The notes beneath the pieces were generated by a model that saw nothing but the letters and a program-made list of their open reading frames with translations, was not told where the DNA came from and ran no database searches. This document shows positions 1-16,790 of a DNA stretch of 64,000 nt, piece by piece. Numbering within the stretch: the first letter of the stretch is position 1; every line of letters starts with the position of its first letter. The DNA is taken from the NCBI RefSeq assembly GCF_009914755.1, contig NC_060947.1; one strand, 5' to 3'. The position numbers and the translations under genes were made by a program. The DNA comes from the human T2T-CHM13v2.0 reference genome, Homo sapiens.

Positions 1-2292
<2,292 letters not shown>

Positions 2293-2355
2293 TATGATGT
2301 TAGCTGGTTATTTTGCTCATTAGTTGATGCAGTTTCTTCCTAGCCTTGATGGTCT

Positions 2356-3374
2356 TTACAATTTGTCATGTTTTTGCAGTGGCTGGTACTGGTTGTTCCT
2401 TTCCATGTTCAGTGCTTCCTTCAGGAGCTCTTTTAGGGCAGGCCTGGTGGTGATAAAATCTCTTAGCATTTGCTTGTCTGTAAAGTATTTTATTTCTCCT
2501 TCACTTATGAAGCTTAGTTTGGCTGGATATGAAATTCTGGGTTGAAAATTCTTTTCTTTAAGAATGTTGAATATTGGCCTCCACTCTCTTCTGGCTTGTA
2601 TAGTTTCTGCTGAGAGATCAGCTGTTAGTCTGATGGGCTTCCCTTTGTGGGTAACCCGACCTTTCTCTCTGGCTGCCCTTAACATTTTTTCCTTCATTTC
2701 AACTTTGGTGAATCTGACCATTATGTGTCTTGGAGTTGCTCTTCTCGAGGAGTATCTTTGTGGTGTTCTCTGTATTTCCTGAATTTGAATGTTGGCCTGC
2801 CTTGCTAGATTGTGGAAATTCTCCTGGATAATATCCTGCAGAATGTTTTCCAACTTGGTTCCATTCTCCCCGTCACTTTCAGGTACACCAATCAGACGTA
2901 GATTTGGTCTTTTCACGTAGTCCCGTATTTCTTGCAGGCTTTGTTCGTTTCTTTTTATTCTTTTTTCTCTAAACTTCTCTTCTCACTTCATTTCATTCGT
3001 TTGATCTTCCATCGTTGATACCCTTTCTTCCAGTTGATCAAATCGGCTACTGAGGCTTGTGCATTCGTCACATAGTTCTCGTGCCTTGGTTTTCAGCTCC
3101 ATCAGGTCCTTTAAGGACTGCTCTGCATTGGTTATTCTAGTTAGCCATTCATCTGATTTTTTTTTTGAAGGTTTTTAACTTCTTTGCCAGGGGTTCGAAC
3201 TTCCTCCTTTAGCTCAGAGTAGTTTGATCATCTGAAGCCTTCTTCTCTCAACTCGTTGAAGTCATTCTCCATCCAGCTTTGTTCCGTTGCTGGTGAGGAG
3301 CTGCGTTCCTTTGGAGGAGGTGAGGCGCTCTGATTTTTAGAGTTTCCGGTTTTTCTGCTCTGTTTTTTCCCCAT
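2356..3374 (-). pseudogene. L1 ORF1p, disrupted
   Basis: Starts MGKKQSRKTGNSKNQS at 3374, premature TGA at 3228-3230. The C-terminal part KRPNLRLIGVPE...ERNNQYQPLQKH is open over 2916-2356. Confidence 0.93.
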
Positions 3375-4691
3375 CTTTGTGGTTTTATCTACCTTTGTTT
3401 TTGATGATGGTGACGTACAGATGGGGTTTTGATGTGGATGTCCTTTCTGTTTGTTAGTTTTCCTTCTAACAGTCAGGACCCTCAGCTGCAGGTCTGTTGG
3501 AGTTTGCTGGAGGTCCACTCCAGACCCTGTTTGCCTGGGTATCAGCAGTGGTGGCTGCAGAACAGCGGATATTGGTGAACAGCAAATGTTGCTGCCTGAT
3601 CGTTCCTCTGGAAGTTTTGTCTCACAGGAGTACCCGGTCATGTGAGGTGTCAGTCTGCCCCTACTGGGTGGTGCCTCCCAGTTAGGCTACTCGGGGGTCA
3701 GGGACCCACTTGAGGAGGCAGTCTGTCCGTTCTCAGATCTCCAACTGCACTGGGAGAACCACTGCTGTCTTCAAAGCTGTCAGACAGGGACATCTAAGTC
3801 TGCAGAGGATTCTGCTGCCTTTTGTTTGGCTATGCCCTGCCCCCAGAGGTGGAGTCTACAGAGGCAGGCAGGCCTCCTTGACCTGTGGTGGGTTCCACTC
3901 AGTTTGAGCTTCCAGGTGGCTTTGTTTACCTACTCAAGCCTCGGCAATGGGGGCGCCCCTCCCCAGCCTCACTGCTGCCTTGCAGTTTGATCTCAGACTG
4001 CTGTGCTAGCATCAAGTGAGGGTCCCTGGGCTTAGGACCCTCCGAGCCAGACACGGGATATAATCTGGTATGCCGTTTGCTAAGACTGTTGGAAAAGCGC
4101 AGTATTAGGGTGGGAGTGACCTGATTTTCCGGGTGCCGTCTGTCACCCCTTTCTTTGACTAGGAAAGGGAATTCCCTGACTCCTTGCACTTCCCGGGTGA
4201 GGTGATGCCTCGCCCTGCTTCGGCTCACGCTCAGTGGGCTGCACCCACTGTCCTGCACCCACTTTCTGACACTCCCCAGTGAGATGAACCCAGTACCTCA
4301 GTTGGAAATGCAGAAATCACCTGTCTTCTGTGTCGCTCACACTGGGAGCTGCAGACTGGAGCTGTTCCTATTCAGCCATCTTGGCTCCACCCGCTCTCCC
4401 ATATTTCTATGAGGAGGAAACACGTAAACATAATTAGTTTTTGGTAAGTAATACATTGGAAGTGTTGAGGGCTGTGCCGGAGGCAGAAGTGCACATGCTT
4501 TGTTTGAGGGGTTTGGGAAAGTCTCAGTGGGGATTAGGAAAGACTTTACAGAAAAGGTGAAACTTCAGGGAAGGATTAGTGGGAGTTTTCAAGATACAAG
4601 ACCTGGTCAAGTTTTCCAAGAAGAGAAGTGAGAGAGCAGTGCATAGCAGTACAGTAGGTGTTTTGGAAACTCCCACGTTCTCGGTCTAGAG

Positions 4692-4866
4692 CAGAGGTCC
4701 ACAGACTTTTTCTTACAGGGCAAAATAGTAAATATTTTAGGTTTTGTGTACCAAGAGGCAAGATCAGGTAATATATAGGTGCTTAGATAATCTTTTATAT
4801 AAAAATCATTTTTAGCTCCCAGGCCTTAAAAAAAGGATTTGGCTGGCAATAGTTTATAGACCACTG
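4692..4866. mobile_element. hAT-Charlie MITE (MER58-like)
   Basis: CAG...CTG termini, internal ATAGTAAATATTTTAGGTTTTG, and TCTAGAG/CTTAGAG-like flanks typical of hAT TSDs. Confidence 0.6.
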
Positions 4867-5045
4867 TCTTAGAGCCTGTCATGATTGTTGGGCGTTATAG
4901 GACTCAAACTGGGGAAAAGGAAGGCAAAGGCCAGATCATAAATGCGTTTGCAACAGTTAGCACTGTTTTGCAATCTTAGATTTGTCCATATCTTGTGAAA
5001 TACGATAGTGCTGGAGATCAGATAAAGTTAAATAAAACACAGTTA

Positions 5046-5479
<434 letters not shown>

Positions 5480-6129
5480 TCACAAAGTTCTCGTGCTTCT
5501 TATAAATAATGTATTTTACATCTTACACTTCTATTGCTATTATACATGCCATTTTAATTTTATTTTTTATCTCTGCTGGTATATAGAACTGCAGTTGACT
5601 TTTATGTGTTAAATTTATCAAGCAACTTCACTAACTTTCACTAATTTGGGTTATTTGACTATGTAACTTTGGATTTTCTCTGTAGACTATCCTACCTTTG
5701 TAATTAGTGACAATTTTGTTTCTTCTGTTATCAGTATTGTAAACATTTCATTAAAAGTGTTTGGAATGTTCTCATCTTGTATTTTCTGAAATAGTAAATA
5801 TTTTAGGTTTTGTGGACCAAGATATAATCTTGTAAAAGTGGTTTCTTGCATGTTTGATAAAACCAACCTGTTAAACTCTCTGGGATTGGTAATATGTCTT
5901 TTTGGGAAGATTTTATACTACTGGTTTTATTAGTTACCAGTTACTTTTTTAGGTTGTAAATCTCTGCTACATTTGTTTATGGTCACATATACCTATAGTT
6001 AGGTCCTTAATTAATTTCTGATTCTTAGTTGTGCCTTCTGTTTTCTTCCTTGCTTCAATCAAAGGTTTGTAAATTTTAATACTGATTTCAAATAATACAG
6101 TTTTGACATTGTTGATCATCTCTAGTTTA

Positions 6130-6220
6130 TTTCCTTCTTTCTTTGGACTTATTCTCTTTTTTTCTTTTTCTCTTCTCTCTCTCTCTCTCTTTCTCTCTTT
6201 CTCTTTCTCTCTTTTTCTCA
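6130..6220. repeat. CT-rich low-complexity/(CT)n tract
   Basis: Polypyrimidine run seen directly. Confidence 0.8.
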
Positions 6221-6527
6221 CCTAATTTACTCCATAATGCCTCCTACAGTCTTTTTGTCCAGACCACTATCTAGTTCAGGACCATAGGTTAGAACTGAGT
6301 ATGTCCCTTAGGTGTCTTTTTAAGCATTGTCTTCCCTCCACTCTCATCCCTTTTGTGTTTTTGTTTTGGTCTCTGGCTTAAAGAGACCAGCACAGTTGTC
6401 TTATAGTGTGCCATTTTCTGACTTTGTTTTATTGCTTTCTTTTGGTATTGTTTAGCTCATTTCACTATCTTCTGTATTTCTTTTAATTAAGTTGATAGTT
6501 AACCAACAACTGTTTGCTTAGTGGGTG

Positions 6528-6840
6528 TTTTTGTTGTTGTTGTTGTTGTTGTTTTGAGACAGAGTTTCACTCTTGTTGCTCAGGCTGGAGTGCAGTGGCA
6601 CAATCTCAGTTTACTGCAATCTCTGCCTCCTGGGTTCAAGCGATTCTCCTGCCTCAGCCTCCTGAGTAGCTGGGATTACAGCTGTGCACCACTACGCCTG
6701 ACTAATTTTTTTTTTGTATTTTTAGTAGAGACGGGGTTTCACCATGGCCAGGCTGGTCTTGAACTCCTGACCTCAGGTGATCCGCCCGCCTCAGCCTCTC
6801 AGAGTGTTGGGATTACAGGCGTGAGCCACTGCACCTGGCC
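6528..6840 (-). mobile_element. AluS with (GTT)n tail
   Basis: Alu consensus on the minus strand. Confidence 0.92.
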
Positions 6841-7032
6841 TGGTTAGTGGTTTTTAATGCCCCATCAGGGCTTATAAAAAAATATTTTCCCTCCATATAT
6901 ATGTATATTCCTTCCTGGGTATACTTTAGAGTAAATTACAGATAACATGACATTTCAATCCTTAATATTCTAAATACCTTTCTACAAAATAAGAATGATT
7001 CCTTAAATAACTGTCAGATCTTTACCACCTAA

Positions 7033-7696
<664 letters not shown>

Positions 7697-7774
7697 TACC
7701 CTTTTTGTTTAAATCTTTGGAGCAAGGTATCTAATAATATTTTAAGTCTTCATTGGCTGGGTGGTAGTCATGAT

Positions 7775-8080
7775 ATATAGTTGTCAATGCCTATGCATAC
7801 TCATCTTTGTTGTTTTTCCTCCTGTCATGATTAGATAGCTGTAGCCTATTGTTTCAGTAGATAAGTCACTTATGGAGCATCTGAGGAAAGAATATGAGTT
7901 TTGATTGCTGACTAAAAACTTTTCATTGTCAGCTTCTGGTAAGGTCAAAAAAGTGATGTCAAAACTTGCAGAAATGGGGTTTGTAGACAACAGTGGAAGA
8001 ATCTTCTAAGAAATGCTATATCACCACCTTTTTTGATGTCCCAGTAGTTGATATTGTGTGGAAAAACATGGACGAGAGTA
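7775..8080 (+). mobile_element. Tigger/pogo transposase relic
   Basis: Degenerate translation EHLRKEYE...LSASGKVKK...KKCYIT resembles the pogo-family DDE C-terminal region. Confidence 0.6.
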
Positions 8081-8211
8081 TGGTTAACAGGATTAAAAAA
8101 TTATTCAGAATTGGACACTAAGGATATCTTAATGAAATTTTTTCACTTAAATTTTCCTTTATGTGTGAAAAAAAGAATGTGATAAAAATTTATCTTTACC
8201 ATTAAAAATAA

Positions 8212-8397
<186 letters not shown>

Positions 8398-8489
8398 TAG
8401 TTTTAAAAAGTTGTTAGTGTTGTTTTAGCTCTTTTGATGCTGTTTTGAAGCTGTTTTATAGCTCTTTTAATGTCTTTTAAAAGCTCTCC

Positions 8490-8727
8490 TCGCGGATCAC
8501 GAGGTCAAGAGATCGAGACCATCCTGGCCAACATGGTGAAACCCCGTCTCTACTAAAAATTCAAAAATTAGCTGGGCATGGTGGCGCGTGCCTGTAGTCT
8601 CAGCTACTTAGGAGACTGAGGCAGGAGAATAACTTGAACCCAGGAGGCAGAGGTTTCAGTGAGCTGAGATCACGCCACCGCACTCCAGCCTGGAGACAGA
8701 GTGAGACTCCGTCTCAAGAAAAAAAAG
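8490..8727 (+). mobile_element. 5'-truncated AluSc-like
   Basis: Starts at GCGGATCACGAGGTC. TSD AAAAGCTCTC on both sides, with a TT/AAAA endonuclease site on the left. Confidence 0.9.
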
Positions 8728-8929
8728 CTCTCGTCTTTTTCTTCTGCACCTTCCCTTTGTGCATAGGATTTGTCTTCCTTTATTCATCTTTCTGCATCTG
8801 GGGAGTATTGCCTTCAGCACTAGAAAATTTTCAGCCACTACATCTTCAAATATTGCCTGTGTTCCATTTTATTTTTTGACTCCATCTACATTTGGTTTTA
8901 GAGATATGATAGATTTTCCCACATACCCA

Positions 8930-9975
8930 TAACCTCACTTACTTGTTTTTCTTGGTGAATATTTGAAATATACTCTCATCAATTTGAAATATACATGATT
9001 ATTAACTATAGTTACCATGCTCTGCAATTGATCACTAGAATTTATTCTTGTCTAAGTGAAACTTCGTACCCTTTGAATAGCATCTCCCCAATTCCCTTTC
9101 CCCACCCTCCCTGAGCCTCTGGTAACCACTGCTGTTCTCTTTACTCCTATGAGATAGATATTCTTTGAGTTTGACTTTTTTAGATTCCACATGTAAGTGA
9201 GATCATGCCGTTTTGTCTTTCTGTCTCTGGCTTATTTTGCTTAACACAAGGTCCTCCAGATTCATCCATGTTGTCACAAATGACAGAATTTCCTTCTTTT
9301 AAAGGCTGAATAGTATTTCAAGGTGTATATATACCACGTTTTCTTAATCCATTTATCCTTCAATGGATACTTTGGTTGATTCTGTATCTTGTCTATTGTG
9401 AATAAGGCTGAAATGAATATGGGAGTATAGATGTTATAAATAAAGTTTTAGTGCCGCAAAAGAAATAGCACTCGAATATAAAGTTTCCTTTTTAATTCTC
9501 AACAAGGCAAGGTACTTCTATAGAAGGGTGCACCCTTACAGATGGAGCAATGGTGAGCGCACACTTGGGCAAGGGAGGGGAAAGGGTTCTTTCCCTGACA
9601 CACCTGGCCCCTGCTGCTGTGTCGTTCCCCTATTGGCTAGGGTTAGACTGCACAGGCTAAACTAATTCTGATTGGCTAATTTAAAGAGAGTGACGGGGTG
9701 AGTGGTTTGGCAGGAAAAATGGTTATGACAGGGCAGGTAATTGGAATGAGTCAGGGTGGAGCAGGTAGTCGAAAAACGTTGCTTTACGAGGAAGTGAAGT
9801 TTAAAAGTAGAAGGCAAAGAAATGAACATACTGATTCCTTGGAAAGAAATTTAGAACTCATATATAACATAGATATCTCTTTGAAATTTTGATTTCAATT
9901 TCTATGATTTATAGCTAGTAGTGGGACTGCTGGATCAAATGGTGGTTCTATTGTTAGTTTTTCGAGGAAATTCCA
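8930..9975 (-). mobile_element. Old L1 (L1MA/MB) 3' end, split by the solo LTR10
   Basis: Typical L1M 3' UTR and ORF2-end motifs (AGATTCCACATGTAAGTGAGATCATG; GGACTGCTGGATCAAATGGT) continue across the LTR. Confidence 0.8.
9432..9869 (-). mobile_element. Solo LTR10 (HERV-I/IP family)
   Basis: TG...CA termini, perfect 4-bp TSD TAGA, close similarity to both proviral LTRs, one TGAGTCA at 9747-9753. Confidence 0.9.
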
Positions 9976-10293
9976 ACATTTTACTAAGAAAGAATCCCCA
10001 GGGGTTCAGATTTATGTGGGAAATCTTGGGTACAACTCTGTGTGGTACCTAATTTGTTTCCTAAGTCTCAGGGCATTTTATTGGCTTTCAGTGTTGGCTT
10101 ACCTTTCTGTATTCTCCTTTTTTTTCAGCCTTTTTCCTTTTGCGGCCAGCTCAGCCATTCATTTATAAAGATCCTTTTAAAATATGTCATCTAATATTTT
10201 AAATAATTTTGTATTAGGAAGGTTTTTCAGTATGTATACTGCTTGCCATTGGCCTTATTTTTGGAAATTATACTATAATTTAAGGAAATATAA

Positions 10294-10651
<358 letters not shown>

Positions 10652-10749
10652 TAATTATAATCATTTCTGTTTTTGAACCAGTTTGTGGTTCAGCAGCACG
10701 GGGAAGGAAGTTGTTGATGTTATTAGATGCATTGCCCCGTTGTCACAAA

Positions 10750-11328
<579 letters not shown>

Positions 11329-11767
11329 TGACTTCTACAGTCTGATTGCATTATTGCTGTACAATACTACACATACACTTTGGAAGCAGAACTTCTGCTT
11401 CAGTGTTGTGATTTGGGCATGATGCATATAATAAAGTTTTGCCAACCTCTTCTGCTAGATTATCTTAACTGTAAATGTTCTTTTAATTGTCCAGAAGGTA
11501 ATTCAGACTATAATAAGGAAATGATTCTGTATAAATTGAATCAGCAAAGTATCATTCTTCTATGAAAAATATGTAACAGGTTATTAAAGACTGTAAGATA
11601 CTGATTTACTCAGCGGCAAGACTTTCCTAATTAACTTACATATGCTGGTTACTTTGCTATAGGGATCAAAGCATGACTTGGGTTCGTTTTCTACCATTTA
11701 TAGGGTCATATTCTAGTGGAGGAGATAAATGACATACTTACAAAAGATGTGAGTATTCATTTGGAAG

Positions 11768-12564
11768 TGAAATGGGAGAGATTCCCTTGCCCCCCTCGCA
11801 GGGCATGTGATGGGGGTGTGGCTCGCTTCTTCAGTGCCCCACTGCTCAAACCTCTAGGGGAGCATACAGACTGGCAGGCTGTGGGGCTCCCACCCCACGG
11901 CAATGTCTGTCTAGGGGTGAATGTTACAGCTGAATCCCCAGTGGGCATGTGTTAGAGGGTGCTCTTTTAGTTTGCTGTCTGTAGGCGGCTTGTGTTCACC
12001 AGCTCAGTTAGACCCTATACCTTGTCGCAAGGACAGAGGGTTTCCTGTATCCCGGGTTCTTGCCTTGGTGTACTGGAAGAATCGGATCACATGTGGGCTT
12101 GGAGAATTAGTGTAAAGTTTTATTGAGTGGAAAGTAGCTTTCAGCCTATGGGGTAGCCAGAGGGAGATGGCTGCTTGGCAGCCCCAGCTCTCCTCCGACT
12201 GCGCTGGCCAAACTCTGCCTAGTCCCACTGGTCAGTGGCCTGCCGGTGTGCCAGCGTTTGTGGGTGTGCTCTTCCGCCTGCATGCTCCCCTCAACATCCT
12301 CTCGATGTCCAGCCACTTGTCTTCTTCCACCGATGTGTTCCTCTCGCCATCTAGCAGTTTCTGTCTCTGCCTTGCTAGGGTCTTGGGTTTTTATAGGCCC
12401 AGGTTGGGGGCGTGGCAGGTAGGCAGAAGTGCCTGTCTTCACTTAGGTCTGAGGGGGTAGAGCCCTAGCCAGGGACCACACCCTCCTCTACCCAGCACTT
12501 CCCTTCTCCCATTCTGTATCATTTAAAGGGACCACACTCTTCCCTTCCCAGCAGTCCCGTATCA
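11768..12564 (-). mobile_element. Solo ERV1 LTR, LTR1-family-like
   Basis: TG...CA termini, perfect TSD GAAG, minus-strand TATA (about 12389-12395) and AATAAA (12119-12124). Family assigned from recall. Confidence 0.8.
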
Positions 12565-12619
12565 GAAGCATGTATTAGAAACTATAACTCACTCTGGGTT
12601 TTTGGGAATATGTCAAATA

Positions 12620-13250
12620 ATACTTCTGGAAGGAAGAGGTGAATGTTGCTTTTTAAAGGATAGACAGGAATTTGCCCGATTAAGGAGTGAGTTGAGGGAA
12701 AGATGGCAATGGCTTTTTTAAGGCAGAGGAAGCAAACATGGTTAAAATCATAGAAATGTATAAGGTTGTATTTTATTCACAGATCTGCATGTTATTTGTC
12801 CTGACTGAAGTGGTGGTTATGAGATTGGGAACATTTCAGCAAGAGTCATAAAATGAAGGCCCTTATAAATCAAGCTAGATTGTGGGGACTTTTCAGAGGA
12901 GTTTAAAATAGAAAGTGCATGTTTTGCACTTCATGTTTGAGTTTTCGAAAGCTCACTGGCAGTGGTTTGGAGGGCAGATTGAAAGAGGAGGAAATGGAGA
13001 GAGAGCCTACAGTTTGGGAGACAAGTTAGAAAACTGTTGAAATAGGCCAAGTATGTAAAGTTGAGGTCCTAACTAACCTGGAGAAACATAGTAGGAATGG
13101 AGAAGGGGTGGATTCAAAGGCTTTTAGATTGTAAAATGAACTCTGTGAATAGAAGGAACATGGTTTATTGGTGGAGAAGAGGTGAGAGAGGAAAAGTAGG
13201 ACTACTGTTTGGCTTGGTCAACTGGTAAGATTGTTACCACTATCTAAAAT
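12620..13250. mobile_element. Degenerate L2 fragments
   Basis: Purine-rich L2-like phrases; weak similarity only. Confidence 0.45.
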
Positions 13251-13777
13251 CTGCAGTACCATTAGACTTTCTTGTTCAGTGTTAAGATTCATGTAATTTC
13301 AGATATTCATGGTATATGTAACAGATGGGGGTAATTATAAAGAAAGTATTTGGAAATTCATACCTTTATAACCTTCATTTCTATACCCACCTTCCCCCTT
13401 TTTTTATTCCCCAGTAGGTTTTGTTTTGTTTTATTTTATTTTATCATATTGTGTTTTTCTTTCCCAGATCTGGTAGACAAAGGTACTCAGAGGGTTAATA
13501 GCAGATTTTTTTCCCCAACTGTGTATCACTAGGTTTGTGAATTAGAGTCATGATACAGTAAAATTAAGACATTTGATGTTTTTGTAATATTTTGGCATGG
13601 TTTTATTTGTTAATATCCTAGCATAAAAATATAATAGTCTTCAAAGATGATTACTGGGGTATGGGGTGCTTGGTGGTGGCTACAGTCAAATTCTTATTCC
13701 AACCCCAAATTGGCAACGTTATAACAACATAGAATCTTATTATTTAGAACCTAATTACTGTTGTTCCCCTTACCCAT

Positions 13778-13850
13778 GAGGGATATGTTCCAAGACCCGC
13801 AGTGGATGCCTGAAACTTCAGGTAGAACTGAACCTTATTATATACGTTTT
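13778..13850. mobile_element. MER44/Tigger7 terminal stub
   Basis: GGGATATGTTCCAAGACCCGCAGTGGATGCCTGAAAC matches the recalled MER44/Tigger7 terminus. Confidence 0.6.
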
Positions 13851-14017
13851 TGTCAACAAAAAGAGTCAAACTCTGTAAAACATTTTAGCTGGGAGTTGTG
13901 GCTCATGCCTCTAATTCCAGTACTTTGGGAGGCCGAGGCGGGTGGATCACATGAAGCCAGTCTGGCCAACATGGTGAAACCCCATCTCTACTAAAAATAC
14001 AAAAATTAGCCGGCCAT

Positions 14018-14507
14018 TGTTATATGTAAAGTTTCGGTGCCGCAAAAGAAATAGCACTTGAATATAAAATTTTCTTTTTAATTCTCAGCAAAGCAAAGTA
14101 CTTCTATAGAAGGGTGCGCCCTTACAGATAGAGCAATGGTGAGCGCACACTTGGACAAGGGAGGGGAAGGGGTTCTTACCCTTGACACACGTGGCCGCCG
14201 CTGCTGCTGTGTAGTTCCCCTATTGGCGAGGGTTAGACCGCACAGGCTAAATTAATTCTGATTGGCTAAAGAGAGTGATGGGGTGAGTGGTTTGGCGGGA
14301 AAAATGGTTATGACAGAGCAGGCAATGAGTCAGGGTGGAGTAGGTAATCAAAATGAGTCAGGGTAGAGTAGGTGATTGAATAAGGGTGGAGCAGGTAATT
14401 GAAAAAGGTTGCTTTATGAGGAAGTTAAGTTTAAAAGTAGAAGGTAAAGAATTGAACATACTGACATATTGATTCTTTGAAAAGAAATTTAGAACTCATA
14501 TCTAACA
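14018..14507 (-). promoter_or_regulatory. 3' LTR (LTR10) with AP-1 sites
   Basis: TG...CA termini; TGAGTCA at 14326-14332 and 14354-14360. Confidence 0.88.
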
Positions 14508-14559
14508 ACCCCTCCCCTTGTATTTCCTCACAGCTTTCTTTTCAAACTTTTTTTAAACA

Positions 14560-16570
14560 TGTCTTGGCTTAGTTGTTTGGCTTGATTTTCCAAAAGAAGA
14601 TGCTTCTCTGGATAAGGTGGAGGATAGTTAAGGGAGGTTTGAGTAAGTGCCATTTTTATGAGCCTCTGCATCAACCTTTGGAGGCATGGTATGACACAGC
14701 ACCTGACAAGAATAAGTACACCCATTACGGCTGCGAGGGAAGTAAGAATTGAGGCTATTATTCCTTTCCATTTACTGAACTACTTTTCTAGCCATCCTGT
14801 AAAGGGGTCATTTACCCCTGAGTTGTTGGCTAACTCATTGGACAGAGCAGTCAGACCTTGCAATGCCCTTGTTATACTTCCATCAGTGGTGGTGGTGTTT
14901 GGGATGAAAGTACAACATTGAGTTTTCATCATGACGCAAACTCCTCCTCTTTCTGCTAATATCATGTCTAAGGCTATCCTGTTTTCCCCAGCCATCTGGC
15001 TAGTTGCCCCTAGTTGTTCAGCTATTCCTTTAACAGCATCTCTAGTGTAGTTAATAAATTATTGTTGGTTGTAGTAGATGTGGTTTATCCAATCTACATT
15101 TTTATTAATTGTCACCTACCAAAATATTGACTTAAATCCTGCAGCTATTTGATTTCAGGTTTTAAATTGATCTGGTATTCCCCGTGGGACTCCAGTTGCG
15201 TCTAAATAGACATGAGAATCGAAAGACCCATAAGGGGCTTCTCTCACTGTACGATGTCTTATTTTTCCTTCCTCTGGTTGATGAAGTGCCAGGGTGAAAG
15301 GGGTTGATGAAGTGCCAGGGTGAAAGGGATAGCCAGTTGGACTAAAGCATAAGTGCCACTCCAGTTATTTGGCAGAGTGTCCAGTAAAGGTCCACCACAA
15401 TACCACCACACATCTGCTCGGGGATGAACAAGGGCTGACTGACTGATAAGCTCTTGAAAATTCTTAAGCTCACTGCATCCCTTCAGGTCTCCAAGGAACG
15501 CCGTTTCTTCCCTGTCGTGAGAGACACGAAGTGAACTTAGTGTTGGGAGACGGAAGTTGGATGGCCCTCGGGGGCTGGGAGATGGAAGCTGGATGGCCCT
15601 CGGGGGCTGACCCGCAGGGTGCCGGACTTCGGGATATAGCAGAGAGAGCTTGGCATGACTTACTACTCCAGGCTGTAGAATCCTGGAAAAGAGCTACCAT
15701 GCAGCCCACACCAGGTCAACTGGAGGACCACCTTAGTGGAAAGGGGACAATCTGGGCCTCTGGCCTGCTATGCGCACAAGCATAGCAATTGCTTTTGTTC
15801 AACCTGTGGACGGAATATTTGATCCATTCCAACCAGGCATTTGCATCTTGATATCCTGTCTTAATTGCCAAAGTTTGTTTTAAGTCTTTAACTTTTACTA
15901 TAGCTATCTTGGTCTTGTCGTTAGATGGAGGAGGAGCAATTGTTCTGTTGTGAGAGGTTTTGGAAGGAGGCTTAGAGGAAGGTGCAGGCAGTAGGGGATC
16001 AAAGAAACTCATTTTAAAGAATTTAATAGGGTTTGCTGAAACCTCAGCCCCCATACCATAAAACCGGCTTAAAGAAGGGAACTGGCTTAGAAAAGGGGAA
16101 GAACTTTGAGCGTTTGAGATAATAACCTGTATAGAATTACACTGGTTTAGCTGACAGTGGGGAGGGCTGTCCTTCTAGTAAAATGTATGGTTTTAGGAAA
16201 TTACAAAAACCGGTTGGGGCAGTCCATTCTTGTTCTTTAGTGCTCCACAGAATGTTGGACTAACTACAGCATAAAAGCTCTGCATTGGGGAGCAAGACTC
16301 CTGGTTGACACCGGGGTCTTTATCGAAATCTTTCTGGATTAAGTGGTCCCAATTTACTAAGGCCCAGTCTGAGGAGAGTCAGGAGGGACAGAGGTACTTT
16401 TCTGAAGTAGAGAGCTGTCTTTGACTTGGCAAGCACCCACGGGTATAACAAGGCAAGCATCAAATGCAATAGTTTGAGGCAAAATTGACTTGGTTATGTT
16501 ATAACTAGATGGTCAGCAATAGAACGGGGAAAGAAGAAAGTAATAGAATAGATGAAAGAGAGTTAAATTT
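14560..16570 (-). pseudogene. ERV env, disrupted
   Basis: SU CXXC motif (NCYACA), TM immunosuppressive domain ENRIALDMILAERGGVC and CX6CC (CVMMKTQCC). Multiple stops and frameshifts. Confidence 0.88.
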
Positions 16571-16629
16571 TTCTTAACTTTAGTTTGATAGTGTTTTCCC
16601 CTGAGACTATGGCCCACGACTCTTGAGGG

Positions 16630-16790
16630 AGCGGTGCTTTCTTGCCTCGGGTGTGATGAGTCTATCCCCCTTCCGCTGTAGGAACAGCAGTCTCCGTAGT
16701 TAGCAGCACAAGGTAGGGTCCTTCCCAGGCTTGCTTGAGTTTTCCTTCTTTCCACCCTTTGATGAGAACGTGATCCTCAGGCTGGTGCTG
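16630..16790 (-). pseudogene. Integrase C-terminal remnant
   Basis: Translates AWEGPYLVLLTTETAV...THHTR (GPY/F module). Confidence 0.8.

Noticed and set aside
14560-16570. Possible domesticated syncytin-like env
   Set aside because: Several in-frame stops and two frameshifting duplications; the longest piece is 112 aa.
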